The notes under the pieces: generated by a model
What the model saw: the letters and a program-made list of their open reading frames with translations, nothing else
Databases searched by the model: none
What the model was told of the DNA's origin: nothing
Source: Oscillospiraceae bacterium
Lineage (GTDB): Bacteria; Bacillota; Clostridia; Oscillospirales; Ruminococcaceae
DNA length: 64,000 nt
Reading direction: 5' to 3'
Assembly: GCA_009784625.1 (NCBI GenBank)
Contig: WRBI01000009.1
Coordinates: forward strand, 727 to 64,726
Part shown: piece after piece, positions 44,486-53,750 of the stretch
Numbering within the stretch: the stretch's first letter is position 1
How the letters are laid out: each line of letters opens with the position of its first letter
Position numbers and translations under genes: made by a program

Positions 44486-46135
44486 CTATAGCTTAAAGCT
44501 GTCTTTCAGTGTGACAATCCGGTTAAAAGTATTCGGGTGGCGCGAGTCGGCGCAAAAATAACCCGACCGCACAAACTGGAACCGGTCACCCGCATCAGCG
44601 CCCGCCAGCGAAGCCTCAAGCTTACAGCCTTTTAGATGGGTTAATGAGTTTTGGTTGAGATAGTCGAGATAGTTGGCCCCCTCCTCGACATCGCCGACGT
44701 TTTCAAGGGTGAACAGGCCCTCATAAAGCATCAGGTCAGCCTCAACCGCGTGCGCCGCGCTCACCCAATGGATGGTACCCTTGACTTTGCGGCCATCGGC
44801 GGGGGTGTTGTTCCGGGTCTCAAGGTCGGCAGTGCAGATCAGCTCAGTCACGTTGCCTGCGTTGTCGGTGACCACCTGCTCGCACTTGACGATGTACGCA
44901 CCCATCAGCCGAACCTCGCCGCCCTCGCGCAGCCGCTGATATTTGGGCGGCGGGGCAAGCGAAAAATCCTCGCTTTCAATATAAAGGGTGCGGCTGAATA
45001 TGACCTCGCGGCTGCCTGCGTCTGGATCAGTCGGGTTGTTGGGGATGGGGAAAGTCTCTGTCTTATCCTCCGGGTAGTTGGAGATGGTCAGCTTAATTGG
45101 CTGGGATATCGCCATCCGGCGGGGGGCTTCGCGGTTGAGCTCTTCCCGGATGCAGTATTCAAGCAGGCGGATGTCGACCACCGAGAATGTCTTGGCCACT
45201 CCGGCCCGTTTGACAAACTCGACGATCGAACCGGGGGTGTAACCCCGGCGGCGAAGACCGCAAAGGGTGGGCATACGCGGGTCGTCCCAGCCGTCTACCC
45301 GGCCGGTCTCGACCAGTTCGCGCAAATACCGCTTGCTCATGACCGTATAGGTGATGTTCAGCCGGGCAAACTCGTACTGGTGAGGCGGGTGTTCAAACCC
45401 GATATTCTCGACCACCCAGTCGTAGAGCGGGCGATGGTTCTCAAACTCAAGGGAACACAGCGAGTGTGTAATGCCTTCCAGCGCGTCCTGGATGGGGTGC
45501 GCGTAGTCGTAAAGGGGATAGATGCACCATTTATCCCCCTGTCGATGATGGGTCACATGCAGAATCCGGTAGATGGCTGGGTCACGCATGTTCATGTTGG
45601 GCGAAGCCATGTCGATCTTGGCCCGCAGTGTCCTTGCCCCGCCCTCAAACTCGCCGGCCTTCATCCGCTCAAATAGGTCAAGGTTCTCTTCGGGGGTGCG
45701 GTTCCGGTAAGGGCTTTCTTTGCCCGGTTCGGTCAAAGTACCGCGGTATTGGCGCATCTCTTCGGCAGTTAAGTCGCAGACGTATGCTTTGCCGTCTTTG
45801 ATCAGCTTGACGGCGAACTCGTAACAGCGTTCAAAGTAATCGGAGCCGTAAAAGATCCCGCCGTCGGGGACAGCGCCAAGCCAGCGCAAATCCTCCTCAA
45901 TCGAGCGGACAAACTCCTCCTCCTCGTTGACCGGGTTGGTGTCGTCATAGCGCAGGTTAAACCGCCCGCCATATTTTTTGGCGGTGCTGTAGTTGATCCA
46001 GATGGCTTTGGCACTGCCGATATGCAGGTAACCGTTGGGCTCTGGCGGAAACCGGGTGTGAATCTCACGTTTAAAACCGCCGGCCAAGTCCGCGTCAATA
46101 ATATCATGAATAAAGTTCGGAAAAAGCTCGCTCAT
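44486..46135 (-). CDS. glnS: Glutaminyl-tRNA synthetase
   Basis: 549 aa with HIGSAKA (HIGH) and VMSKR (KMSKS) motifs, and GlnRS-type C-terminal beta-barrels. Confidence 0.95.
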   Translation of the reverse strand: MSELFPNFIHDIIDADLAGGFKREIHTRFPPEPNGYLHIGSAKAIWINYSTAKKYGGRFNLRYDDTNPVNEEEEFVRSIEEDLRWLGAVPDGGIFYGSDYFERCYEFAVKLIKDGKAYVCDLTAEEMRQYRGTLTEPGKESPYRNRTPEENLDLFERMKAGEFEGGARTLRAKIDMASPNMNMRDPAIYRILHVTHHRQGDKWCIYPLYDYAHPIQDALEGITHSLCSLEFENHRPLYDWVVENIGFEHPPHQYEFARLNITYTVMSKRYLRELVETGRVDGWDDPRMPTLCGLRRRGYTPGSIVEFVKRAGVAKTFSVVDIRLLEYCIREELNREAPRRMAISQPIKLTISNYPEDKTETFPIPNNPTDPDAGSREVIFSRTLYIESEDFSLAPPPKYQRLREGGEVRLMGAYIVKCEQVVTDNAGNVTELICTADLETRNNTPADGRKVKGTIHWVSAAHAVEADLMLYEGLFTLENVGDVEEGANYLDYLNQNSLTHLKGCKLEASLAGADAGDRFQFVRSGYFCADSRHPNTFNRIVTLKDSFKL

Positions 46136-46151
46136 CGTGCATCCCCTTCAC

Positions 46152-46260
46152 TTGTCAGTTGATAGTTGACAGTTATGGTATCCGCTGCGCGGATATTGTT
46201 TTCATCATCGCTTAGCGATGCATTTACTGTCAACTTTTCACTTTCCACTGTCAACTGTCA
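46152..46260. repeat. Long imperfect palindromic intergenic element, copy C (glnS upstream region)
   Basis: Arms TGTCAGTTGATAGTTGACAGTTATGG / CATTTACTGTCAACTTTTCACTTTCCACTGTCAACTGTCA. GC boxes ATCCGCTGCGCGGAT / ATCGCTTAGCGAT. Same layout as copies A and B with transition-shifted arm words. Confidence 0.75.
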
Positions 46261-46309
46261 TTATAACACACCGGCAAGTGGACAAGCAAGAGCGTATCGG
46301 TCGCACCCT

Positions 46310-46341
46310 AAGTAAAGCGAAAGGCCGCCGGTTTGGCGGCC
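46310..46341 (-). terminator. sigG intrinsic terminator
   Basis: On the minus strand: GGCCGCC-AAACC-GGCGGCC followed by TTTCGCTTT. It lies 9 nt after the sigG stop. Confidence 0.8.
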
Positions 46342-46349
46342 AAGGTAAC

Positions 46350-47117
46350 TTACAGCTGTTTTTTAATCCGGATGAGCGCCGACTTTTCCAATCGGGATAC
46401 TTGCGCTTGACTGATACCGATTTCCTGCGCAACCTCCATCTGTGTTTTGCCCACAAAAAAGCGCAGGGAGAGAATCTTCTTTTCGCGGTCTTCTAAGTTT
46501 TCGATGGCCTCTTTAAGAAAGATTTCGTCCAGCCAGTCTTTGTCGCTCTGCTTGTCGCCGACCTGGTCCATGACAAAGATGGTGTCGCCGCCGTCCGAGT
46601 AGGCCGGCTCGTATAGGCTGAGCGGTTCGACAATCGCCTCAAGCGCGAGCACAACGTCTTCTTTTTTCATCTCCATCTCTTTGGCGATTTCCTCGACAGT
46701 CGGGTCGCGGCCGGTGTCGGCGGTCAGGCGCTCTTTGACCTGCATGGCTTTGTAAGCGGTGTCCCGCAGTGACCGGCTTACCCGAATGGCATTGTTGTCG
46801 CGCAGATATCGGCGGATTTCCCCGATAATCATCGGTACGGCGTAGGTAGAAAATCGAACATTCAGCCCGGTGTCAAAATTATCGATGGACTTGATCAGCC
46901 CGATGCACCCGACTTGGAAGAGGTCGTCCAGGTTTTCGCCCCGGTTGGTGAACTTTTGCACCACGCTGAGCACTAAGCGCAGATTGCCGCTGACCAGCAG
47001 GTTGCGCGCCTCTTTGTCCCCTTCTTTGATCTTGTGGAGCAGCTCCAGTTTCTCGCTTTCCTTGAGCACTTTCAGCTTGGACGTGTTCACGCCGCAAATC
47101 TCAACTTTGTTGATCAT
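46350..47117 (-). CDS. sigG: Sporulation sigma factor SigG
   Basis: MINKVEICGVNTSKL..., GNLRLVLSVVQKF, DDLFQVGCIGLIKSIDNFD, FSTYAVPMIIGEIRRYLRDNN and GISQAQVSRLEK are nearly collinear with B. subtilis SigG as recalled. ATG 47117 follows a GGGGGAG RBS. Confidence 0.9.
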   Translation of the reverse strand: MINKVEICGVNTSKLKVLKESEKLELLHKIKEGDKEARNLLVSGNLRLVLSVVQKFTNRGENLDDLFQVGCIGLIKSIDNFDTGLNVRFSTYAVPMIIGEIRRYLRDNNAIRVSRSLRDTAYKAMQVKERLTADTGRDPTVEEIAKEMEMKKEDVVLALEAIVEPLSLYEPAYSDGGDTIFVMDQVGDKQSDKDWLDEIFLKEAIENLEDREKKILSLRFFVGKTQMEVAQEIGISQAQVSRLEKSALIRIKKQL

Positions 47118-47273
47118 GCAAACCACTCCCCCATTTCGGCCGATTATCTATACAAGTATTGGCCGGTACAGAAGCGCTGATGCAACGCATATTTTGGCAA
47201 ATTTTAGCGGTTTTCAAAAATCCGCGCCATCATCAGGCCTTTGCGGAATCCTGCCTTTTTTAAGCAGCCGGAC

Positions 47274-47302
47274 TTTACAAGCCGGGTAACTTCATGTAGA
47301 AT
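47274..47302 (+). promoter_or_regulatory. Sigma-A type promoter for pyrH-frr
   Basis: TTTACA (47274-47279), 17-nt spacer, TAGAAT (47297-47302). Confidence 0.55.
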
Positions 47303-47357
47303 GGAGAAGATATGTTTTTATCAAAGTGCGCAGACGTTAAACACTAGGAGTGATTGC

Positions 47358-48068
47358 ATGAGCCTTGCCTACAAACGGATTCTTTTGAAGCTCAGCGGGG
47401 AGGCGCTGGCTGGGCCGTCCCGGTTTGGACTGGACAACGACACCGTTCGCGAGATTGCGGCCAGCATTCGGGATTGCGCCGGCACAGGCGTTCAGATCGG
47501 CATTGTTGTGGGCGGCGGAAACTTTTGGCGGGGCAGAAGCGGCGGCGGAATGGACCGCACCCGCGCCGACCATATGGGGATGCTGGCTACCGTCATGAAC
47601 GCCCTTGCCTTGGCGGACGCGCTTGAGGCCCTTTATGTGAAAGTGCGCGTACAATCGGCCATCGTCATGCAGCAGATCGCTGAGCCGTACATCCGCAACC
47701 GGGCAGTCCGGCATATGGAAAAGGGGCGGGTGTGTATTTTCGGCTGTGGCACAGGCAACCCATTCTTCTCGACCGACACGGCGGCGGCCCTGCGGGCGGC
47801 CGAAATCGACGCGGATATCATATTTAAAGCATCCGTTGTTGACGGTGTTTACGACAGTGACCCCAACACAAACCCGAACGCTCAAAAATTTGAGCAAATC
47901 ACCTTTACTCAGGTCCTTTCAGAAGGGCTGGCCGCTATGGATTCAACCGCGGCATCTATGTGCAAAGATAACGGCATACCGGTAAGGGTTTTCAGTCTGC
48001 GTGATCCATCCAACATCCTGCGGGCATTGCAGGGCGAAAACATCGGAACCATTGTAAAGGAGGCATAA
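47358..48068 (+). CDS. pyrH: UMP kinase
   Basis: Start at ATG 47358 ([17 protein letters not shown]) after a TAGGAG RBS; 236 aa. Confidence 0.96.
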   Translation: MSLAYKRILLKLSGEALAGPSRFGLDNDTVREIAASIRDCAGTGVQIGIVVGGGNFWRGRSGGGMDRTRADHMGMLATVMNALALADALEALYVKVRVQSAIVMQQIAEPYIRNRAVRHMEKGRVCIFGCGTGNPFFSTDTAAALRAAEIDADIIFKASVVDGVYDSDPNTNPNAQKFEQITFTQVLSEGLAAMDSTAASMCKDNGIPVRVFSLRDPSNILRALQGENIGTIVKEA

Positions 48069-48074
48069 ACGACC

Positions 48075-48629
48075 ATGGAAGACCTGGTACAAGCAATGAA
48101 AGGCAAGATGCAAAAATCAGTCGAACACTTTGAGGCCAGCCTGGGCAGCATCCGCGCGGGGCGGGCCAATCCGGCGCTGCTTGATCGAGTCACGGTCGAC
48201 TATTACGGAACGCCCACACCCATCCAGCAGATGGCGGCTGTCTCGGTGTCCGAGGCGCGCATCCTCATCATTCAGCCCTGGGATAAATCCTCAATGGGCG
48301 CGATTGAAAAGGCCATACTCAAATCCGACCTGGGCATCAACCCATCCAACGACGGGAATGTCATTCGCATCGCTTTCCCACAACCCACCGAAGAGCGGCG
48401 CAAAGAACTTTGTAAACAGGTGAAGACGATGGCCGAAGAAGCCAAGGTATCTGTCCGCGCCATCCGCCGGGATGCGGTTGACAAAGCCAAGGCTCAAAAG
48501 AAGGCCAGCGAGATTACCGAAGATGACCTCAAAGACATCGAAAAAGAGATTCAAACCCTGACCGACAACAGCTGTAAGGACGTGGACAAAGTCGCAGCCG
48601 CCAAAGAGAAGGAAATTCTTGAAATATAA
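48075..48629 (+). CDS. frr: Ribosome recycling factor
   Basis: 184 aa; RAGRANPALLDRVTVDYYG. Confidence 0.97.
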   Translation: MEDLVQAMKGKMQKSVEHFEASLGSIRAGRANPALLDRVTVDYYGTPTPIQQMAAVSVSEARILIIQPWDKSSMGAIEKAILKSDLGINPSNDGNVIRIAFPQPTEERRKELCKQVKTMAEEAKVSVRAIRRDAVDKAKAQKKASEITEDDLKDIEKEIQTLTDNSCKDVDKVAAAKEKEILEI

Positions 48630-48709
48630 GACACCAGACAAAACAAGCAGGAGAGCTGAAGGCGACCGCCTTTGGCTTTTCTGTGCAGTCATCGTTGACG
48701 GAGTGTATT

Positions 48710-49426
48710 ATGGCAAAGAGCTTTGAAATTGATAAACTGCCGCGACATGTGGGGATTATTATGGACGGGAACGGGCGGTGGGCTGCCCACCGCGGCCTGC
48801 CCCGCAGTTACGGGCATAAAATGGGCGCCGATGCTTTCGGGCGCTGCGTTCGCCACGCCAAGCTGCGCGGGATTGGGTACTTGACCGTCTACGCTTTCTC
48901 GACCGAGAACTGGAACCGCCCATCCGAAGAAGTCCGCGGGATCATGGACCTTTTGCGCAGCTACTTAAAAAACGCCGACAACTACAAAAAAGAAAATGTC
49001 CGCACCCGCGTGATCGGTGACCTGTCTCAACTGGATGAGGATTTGCGCCAAATGATTGTTCGGGTGGAAGAAAACAGTGTGGCCAACGACGGCATCAACT
49101 TAAACATCGCGCTCAATTACGGCGGCCGGGATGAGATCGCAAAAGCGGCCAGAGAGGCGGCCAAGCGGCTGATGGCCGGTGAAATCGCCCTCCAGCAGAT
49201 TGACGCGGCAATGATTACAGGCGGACTGTACACGGCCGGCCAACCGGACGTTGACCTGATCATCCGCACCGGCGGCGAGTCGCGGCTGTCAAACTTTCTG
49301 CTTTGGCAGAGCGCGTATGCCGAACTGATCTTTACGGGTACACACTGGCCGGACTTTAACGGCGAACACTTTGACCGCGCCCTCAAAGAGTATGCCGCCC
49401 GTCAGCGCCGAATGGGCGGAGTTTAA
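48710..49426 (+). CDS. uppS: Undecaprenyl diphosphate synthase (isoprenyl transferase)
   Basis: HVGIIMDGNGRWA, FSTENWNRP and RTGGESRLSNFLLWQ motifs. ATG 48710 follows GACGGAG. Confidence 0.95.
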   Translation: MAKSFEIDKLPRHVGIIMDGNGRWAAHRGLPRSYGHKMGADAFGRCVRHAKLRGIGYLTVYAFSTENWNRPSEEVRGIMDLLRSYLKNADNYKKENVRTRVIGDLSQLDEDLRQMIVRVEENSVANDGINLNIALNYGGRDEIAKAAREAAKRLMAGEIALQQIDAAMITGGLYTAGQPDVDLIIRTGGESRLSNFLLWQSAYAELIFTGTHWPDFNGEHFDRALKEYAARQRRMGGV

Positions 49427-49459
49427 GCCGTTGACAGAAAGGCGGTAAAAGGAAAACAG

Positions 49460-50281
49460 GTGATCGCGATGCTTTTAAGGTTTGTTACCACGCTGGGTTT
49501 GCTGGCTGTTCTTGGGGTGGTCGGTTTCTTTCTCGACACCATGCTGCTCAATGTCTTCATCCTGCTGGTCTCGGCTCTGGGCGTCTTTGAAGTAATGCGG
49601 GCAACCGGGCTGTCGGCCCGGCGTGACCTTACACTGTTGGCACTGACAGGGGCGATGGTGATACCGCTGGTCGGCTTCAGTGCTCTTGCCACTCCTATGA
49701 TATACCTCATTGTGTTCAGCTATTTTCTTCTGCTGGTTAAAAAATACGGAAAACTGCGGCTGATAGATTGCGCGATGGCGCTCTTGTTCGGTACGGTTAT
49801 CCCGCTTTCGTTTGCCTGCGCCATCTTCTTGCGGGATACACACGGGGCGCAGGCCGGCGGGTTTTACATCCTGCTGGCGTTGACAGCGGCTTGGGCAAGT
49901 GATACCGGCGCTTACTTTGCCGGCCGGTTTTTGGGCAAGCACAAACTGGCCCCGGTGGTCAGCCCAAAGAAGACGATTGAGGGCGCGGTCGGCGGTGTGG
50001 CCGTCTGCACCGGAATGATGATCTGGATAGGCGTCGGTTACCAAAACATGTTCGGCGGGCAGGTCAACATGATCGAGCTGGCCATCATCGCACCGATTCT
50101 TTCGGTGATCGGTATGTTCGGCGATCTTTCCGCTTCGGCAATCAAGCGCGAGTACGGGGTCAAAGATTTCGGCAACATTATGCCCGGCCACGGCGGGGTG
50201 CTTGACCGGTTTGACAGCGTGCTCTTCACACTGCCTGCTGTCTACCTGATATCCACCCACCTGCCGCTGATTGTCACATAA
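49460..50281 (+). CDS. cdsA: Phosphatidate cytidylyltransferase
   Basis: Multi-pass membrane protein with the C-terminal signature SAIKREYGVKDFGNIMPGHGGVLDRFDS. The start (GTG 49460 or ATG 49469) is uncertain. Confidence 0.9.
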   Translation: MIAMLLRFVTTLGLLAVLGVVGFFLDTMLLNVFILLVSALGVFEVMRATGLSARRDLTLLALTGAMVIPLVGFSALATPMIYLIVFSYFLLLVKKYGKLRLIDCAMALLFGTVIPLSFACAIFLRDTHGAQAGGFYILLALTAAWASDTGAYFAGRFLGKHKLAPVVSPKKTIEGAVGGVAVCTGMMIWIGVGYQNMFGGQVNMIELAIIAPILSVIGMFGDLSASAIKREYGVKDFGNIMPGHGGVLDRFDSVLFTLPAVYLISTHLPLIVT

Positions 50282-50322
50282 CCTTGAGATTTTTATCATA
50301 AACTCCAGTGAGGGCGTGTGGA

Positions 50323-51471
50323 ATGGATTTACAGGGTCGAAAGCTGGCCATACTGGGATCAACCGGGTCAATCGGAACGCAGACGCTGGCTGTCTGCCGG
50401 GACCTGGGGCTGTGCCCTGTCGCGCTGACCGGCGGGTCTAACATCGAGCGGCTGGAGTCACAGGCCAGAGAGTTTCGCCCCGCGCTGGTCGCTGTTGCCG
50501 ACCCGCGCGCGGCCGCCCAGCTCAAGATCGCGCTGGCTGACACAGACGTCCGGGTACTGGCGCAGGACGGAATGATCGAAGCCGCAACGCTGCCAAGCGC
50601 TGACGTGATTGTCGGCGCAGTGGTCGGGATTGCCGGGCTGGCACCCGTTTTAGAAGCGGCCAAAGCGGGGAAAACCATCGCGTTGGCCAACAAAGAGCCG
50701 CTTGTGGCCGCCGGCAGACTGGTCATGCAGACAGCGCGCGAGCATGGCGGAAAAATCCTTCCGGTAGACAGTGAGCACAGCGCCATTTTCCAATGTTTAC
50801 ACGCGGGCGAGCGGGATGATGTGACCGGCATTTTTTTGACCGCGTCGGGCGGGCCGTTCTTTGGCAGATCGCGCGAAGAGCTGCTGAACGTCACCCCGCA
50901 GGAGGCGGTCAAGCACCCCAACTGGGCGATGGGCGCAAAAATCTCGGTGGACAGTGCCACCCTGATGAACAAGGGGCTGGAGTTGATTGAAGCTGTCCAC
51001 TTGTTCGACCTGACACCCGGCCAGATTGAAATCGCGGTGCACAGGCAAAGCATCCTGCACTCGGCCGTTTATTTTTCGGACGGCAGCCTGATCGGCCAGA
51101 TGAGCAAGCCGGATATGCGCTCGGCCATACAATACGCGCTGACCTATCCCCGCCGCTGGCCGGTGGCCGGGCTGGAACGGCTTTCCCTGACAGAGATTGG
51201 CTCGTTAACTTTCGAAAAACCGGATAAAGACACATTCACCTGTCTGGCCGCCTGCGAAGAAGCCGCCAATCGGGGTGGGCTGTACCCCGCGGCGGTAAAC
51301 GCCGCGAATGAGGCCGCTGTCGCCCGGTTCTTGAAAGGCGAGATGACGTTTTTGCAGATAGGCGATGCGCTGGGCGAGCTGCTCGGGCGGATGGGAATCA
51401 CCGGCGAAGCAGATATGGAAAGCGTCTGCGCCATAGACGCACAGGCGCGGGCGTTTATCAAAGAAATATAG
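50323..51471 (+). CDS. dxr: 1-deoxy-D-xylulose 5-phosphate reductoisomerase
   Basis: LAILGSTGSIGTQTL NADPH-binding site, DSEHSAIFQC, and NKGLELIEA. Confidence 0.96.
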   Translation: MDLQGRKLAILGSTGSIGTQTLAVCRDLGLCPVALTGGSNIERLESQAREFRPALVAVADPRAAAQLKIALADTDVRVLAQDGMIEAATLPSADVIVGAVVGIAGLAPVLEAAKAGKTIALANKEPLVAAGRLVMQTAREHGGKILPVDSEHSAIFQCLHAGERDDVTGIFLTASGGPFFGRSREELLNVTPQEAVKHPNWAMGAKISVDSATLMNKGLELIEAVHLFDLTPGQIEIAVHRQSILHSAVYFSDGSLIGQMSKPDMRSAIQYALTYPRRWPVAGLERLSLTEIGSLTFEKPDKDTFTCLAACEEAANRGGLYPAAVNAANEAAVARFLKGEMTFLQIGDALGELLGRMGITGEADMESVCAIDAQARAFIKEI

Positions 51472-51502
51472 CGTATATGTTATTTGAAAAGGTGGTCAGT
51501 CC

Positions 51503-52546
51503 ATGAACGTGATGACAATCCTGGTGGCTTTTTTGGCCTTTAGTTTGCTCATCTTTGTCCACGAGTTGGGACATTGCATTACGGCTAAACTCAGCGGGAT
51601 ACAGGTCAACGAGTTTGCGCTGGGTATGGGTCCCAAGATTTTTTCGTTTAGACGCGGCGATACGGTGTACGCTTTGCGCCTCTTCCCAATCGGCGGCTTT
51701 TGCGCGATGGAGGGAACAGACGAAGAGAGCAGCAATCCGCGCGCGTTCGGCAAAGTCAAGCTCTGGAAGCGGGCGGTGACTCTGGTCGGCGGGTCGGCCA
51801 TGAACCTGATTCTCGGTTTTGTTCTGCTCGTTATTCTGACCGCCAATCTCAACCTGATCGGAACAAATCAGGTCAACCGGTTTCACGAGGCGGCCACCAG
51901 CAACCAGTGGCTGCAAGAGCTGGATGTTATCACCCGGGTAAACGGCAGCCGGGTGCGGACAGCCAACGACATCCTCTACGAGTTTTCGCGCTCGCGGGAT
52001 GGGGTTGCCGATATCGAAGTTGTCCGCGACGGCGAGCGAATCCTGCTGACCGGTGTGACTTTCCAGATGCACGAGATCGAGGGTGTGTCGTTTATGGTGC
52101 GCGACTTTGTGTTCGTGGGGGTGCCGGTCACAGCCGGAAACCTGCTCACCAACGCGTTTAACTGGACAATATCGGTCATCCGCATGGTCTGGGGCTCACT
52201 GGTTGACTTGGCCACGGGGCGGTACGGGTTCCACCAGATGTCCGGGCCGATCGGGGTGACCGGCGCAATCGGGGAGGCGATGGCTTCCGGCCTTGAGACC
52301 AGCATACGGGACGGGATTATCAACCTGCTCTATCTGGTCAGCGTGATCACCGTCAACTTGGGCGTATTTAACCTACTGCCCTTCCCCGCGCTGGATGGCG
52401 GGCGGCTGCTCTTTTTGGGGATTGAGGGCGTTTTCCGAAGACCGGTACCCGCCAAGTTTGAAGCGATCGTAAACACGGCCGGGTTCTTCTTGTTGATCGG
52501 GCTGATCATAATGGTCACAGTCAACGACGTCTTCAGATTGTTTTAA
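51503..52546 (+). CDS. rseP: RIP site-2 metalloprotease RseP/RasP (M50)
   Basis: HELGH in TM1, a central PDZ-like segment, and a C-terminal NLLPFPALDGG motif. Confidence 0.93.
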   Translation: MNVMTILVAFLAFSLLIFVHELGHCITAKLSGIQVNEFALGMGPKIFSFRRGDTVYALRLFPIGGFCAMEGTDEESSNPRAFGKVKLWKRAVTLVGGSAMNLILGFVLLVILTANLNLIGTNQVNRFHEAATSNQWLQELDVITRVNGSRVRTANDILYEFSRSRDGVADIEVVRDGERILLTGVTFQMHEIEGVSFMVRDFVFVGVPVTAGNLLTNAFNWTISVIRMVWGSLVDLATGRYGFHQMSGPIGVTGAIGEAMASGLETSIRDGIINLLYLVSVITVNLGVFNLLPFPALDGGRLLFLGIEGVFRRPVPAKFEAIVNTAGFFLLIGLIIMVTVNDVFRLF

Positions 52547-52638
52547 GCTGAGTCGTCGGAGCTGTTGGGGCGCTCGACGACGGTATTTTGATGCTGAGTC
52601 GTCGGAGCTGTAGGGGCACTCGACGACGGTATTTTGAG
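52547..52638 (+). repeat. Tandem direct duplication (2 x 46 bp) of a hairpin unit between rseP and ispG
   Basis: Unit GCTGAGTCGTCGGAGCTGTTGGGGCGCTCGACGACGGTATTTTGAT occupies 52547-52592 and is repeated at 52593-52638 with 3 mismatches. Each unit holds a GTCGTCG/CGACGAC stem followed by TATTTTG. Confidence 0.9.
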
Positions 52639-52646
52639 GTAGTGGA

Positions 52647-53750
52647 ATGCGCAAAAACACACGAAAAATTATGGTGGGGGGGCTGGCCGTCGGCGGCGGG
52701 GCCCCCGTTTCGGTTCAGTCGATGCTCTGCGCACCGCCCGGGGATATACCGGCCAACACTGTACAGGCGGCCGCGCTTGAGGCGGCCGGATGTCAGGTTT
52801 TGCGGGTGGCCATCCCGGACAGGACAAGCATCCCGCTGATTCCGGCCATCAAGCGGGCGGTAAACATCCCGCTGGTGGCCGACATTCACTTTGACTACAA
52901 GCTGGCTCTCGAGTCGGTCGCGGCGGGTGTCGACAAAATCCGGATTAATCCCGGAAACATCGGCGGGGAAGACCGGGTGGCCCAAGTTGCCAGAGCCTGC
53001 CGCGAAAAGGGAATCCCCATCCGCGTCGGAGTAAATGCCGGCTCGCTGGAAAAAGAGGCCCTCGCCCGCCACGGCGGCCCCACCCCGGCGGCCATGGTTG
53101 AGAGCGCCCTAAACCAGATTGGGATGCTCGAGCGGCATGACTTTTACGAGATCGCGGTCTCGCTCAAATCCAGCGATGTGGCCGGCACGGTCGCGGCCTG
53201 CCGCCTGTTTGCCGAAGTGAGCGATTATCCTCAGCATATCGGGGTAACCGAATCGGGGACCGAGCGGATGGGCACCATCAAGTCAGCCATCGGGATCGGC
53301 AGCCTGCTGCTGGACGGAATCGGCGACACCATCCGGGTTTCGCTGACCGCCGACCCGGTGGCCGAAGTCAAAGCGGGAATCGACATCCTGCGGGCGGTTG
53401 GGCTGCGCGGCGGGGTGAATGTGATCTCCTGCCCAACCTGCGGGCGGTGTAAGATTGACCTGATCGCTCTGACACAGTCGGTTGAATCGGCCATGTCTGA
53501 ACTGGCGGGTGACCTGACGGTGGCGGTGATGGGCTGCGCGGTCAACGGGCCGGGCGAGGCCGCCCACGCTGACATCGGGGTAGCGGGCGGGGATGGCGAG
53601 GGACTGCTCTTCGCGGGCGGAAAAGTCATCGAAAAAGTACCACAGAATGAGATTTTACCGCGACTGGTAACACTGGCTAAAGAGATGATCGCTAAAAACC
53701 TTGTACATAAGCGAGAAATGCCGGCGCTTTCGCCGGACAAGGAAAATTGA
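52647..53750 (+). CDS. ispG: 4-hydroxy-3-methylbut-2-enyl diphosphate synthase
   Basis: 367 aa, GcpE family, with Cys ligands in SCPTCGRC and GCAVNGPGE. Confidence 0.96.
   Translation: MRKNTRKIMVGGLAVGGGAPVSVQSMLCAPPGDIPANTVQAAALEAAGCQVLRVAIPDRTSIPLIPAIKRAVNIPLVADIHFDYKLALESVAAGVDKIRINPGNIGGEDRVAQVARACREKGIPIRVGVNAGSLEKEALARHGGPTPAAMVESALNQIGMLERHDFYEIAVSLKSSDVAGTVAACRLFAEVSDYPQHIGVTESGTERMGTIKSAIGIGSLLLDGIGDTIRVSLTADPVAEVKAGIDILRAVGLRGGVNVISCPTCGRCKIDLIALTQSVESAMSELAGDLTVAVMGCAVNGPGEAAHADIGVAGGDGEGLLFAGGKVIEKVPQNEILPRLVTLAKEMIAKNLVHKREMPALSPDKEN

Noticed and set aside
47127-47240. Forespore (sigma-F/sigma-G) promoter for sigG
   Set aside because: One is expected biologically. The best candidate (TGCATC-N14-GGCCAATACT) matches the consensus only partially, and the GTATA..GGGGGAGT candidate overlaps the RBS. 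Neither is callable by eye.
52547-52638. Possible CRISPR or mini-array
   Set aside because: There are only two directly abutting 46-bp units with no spacers and no cas genes. It is a tandem duplication, not a CRISPR array.
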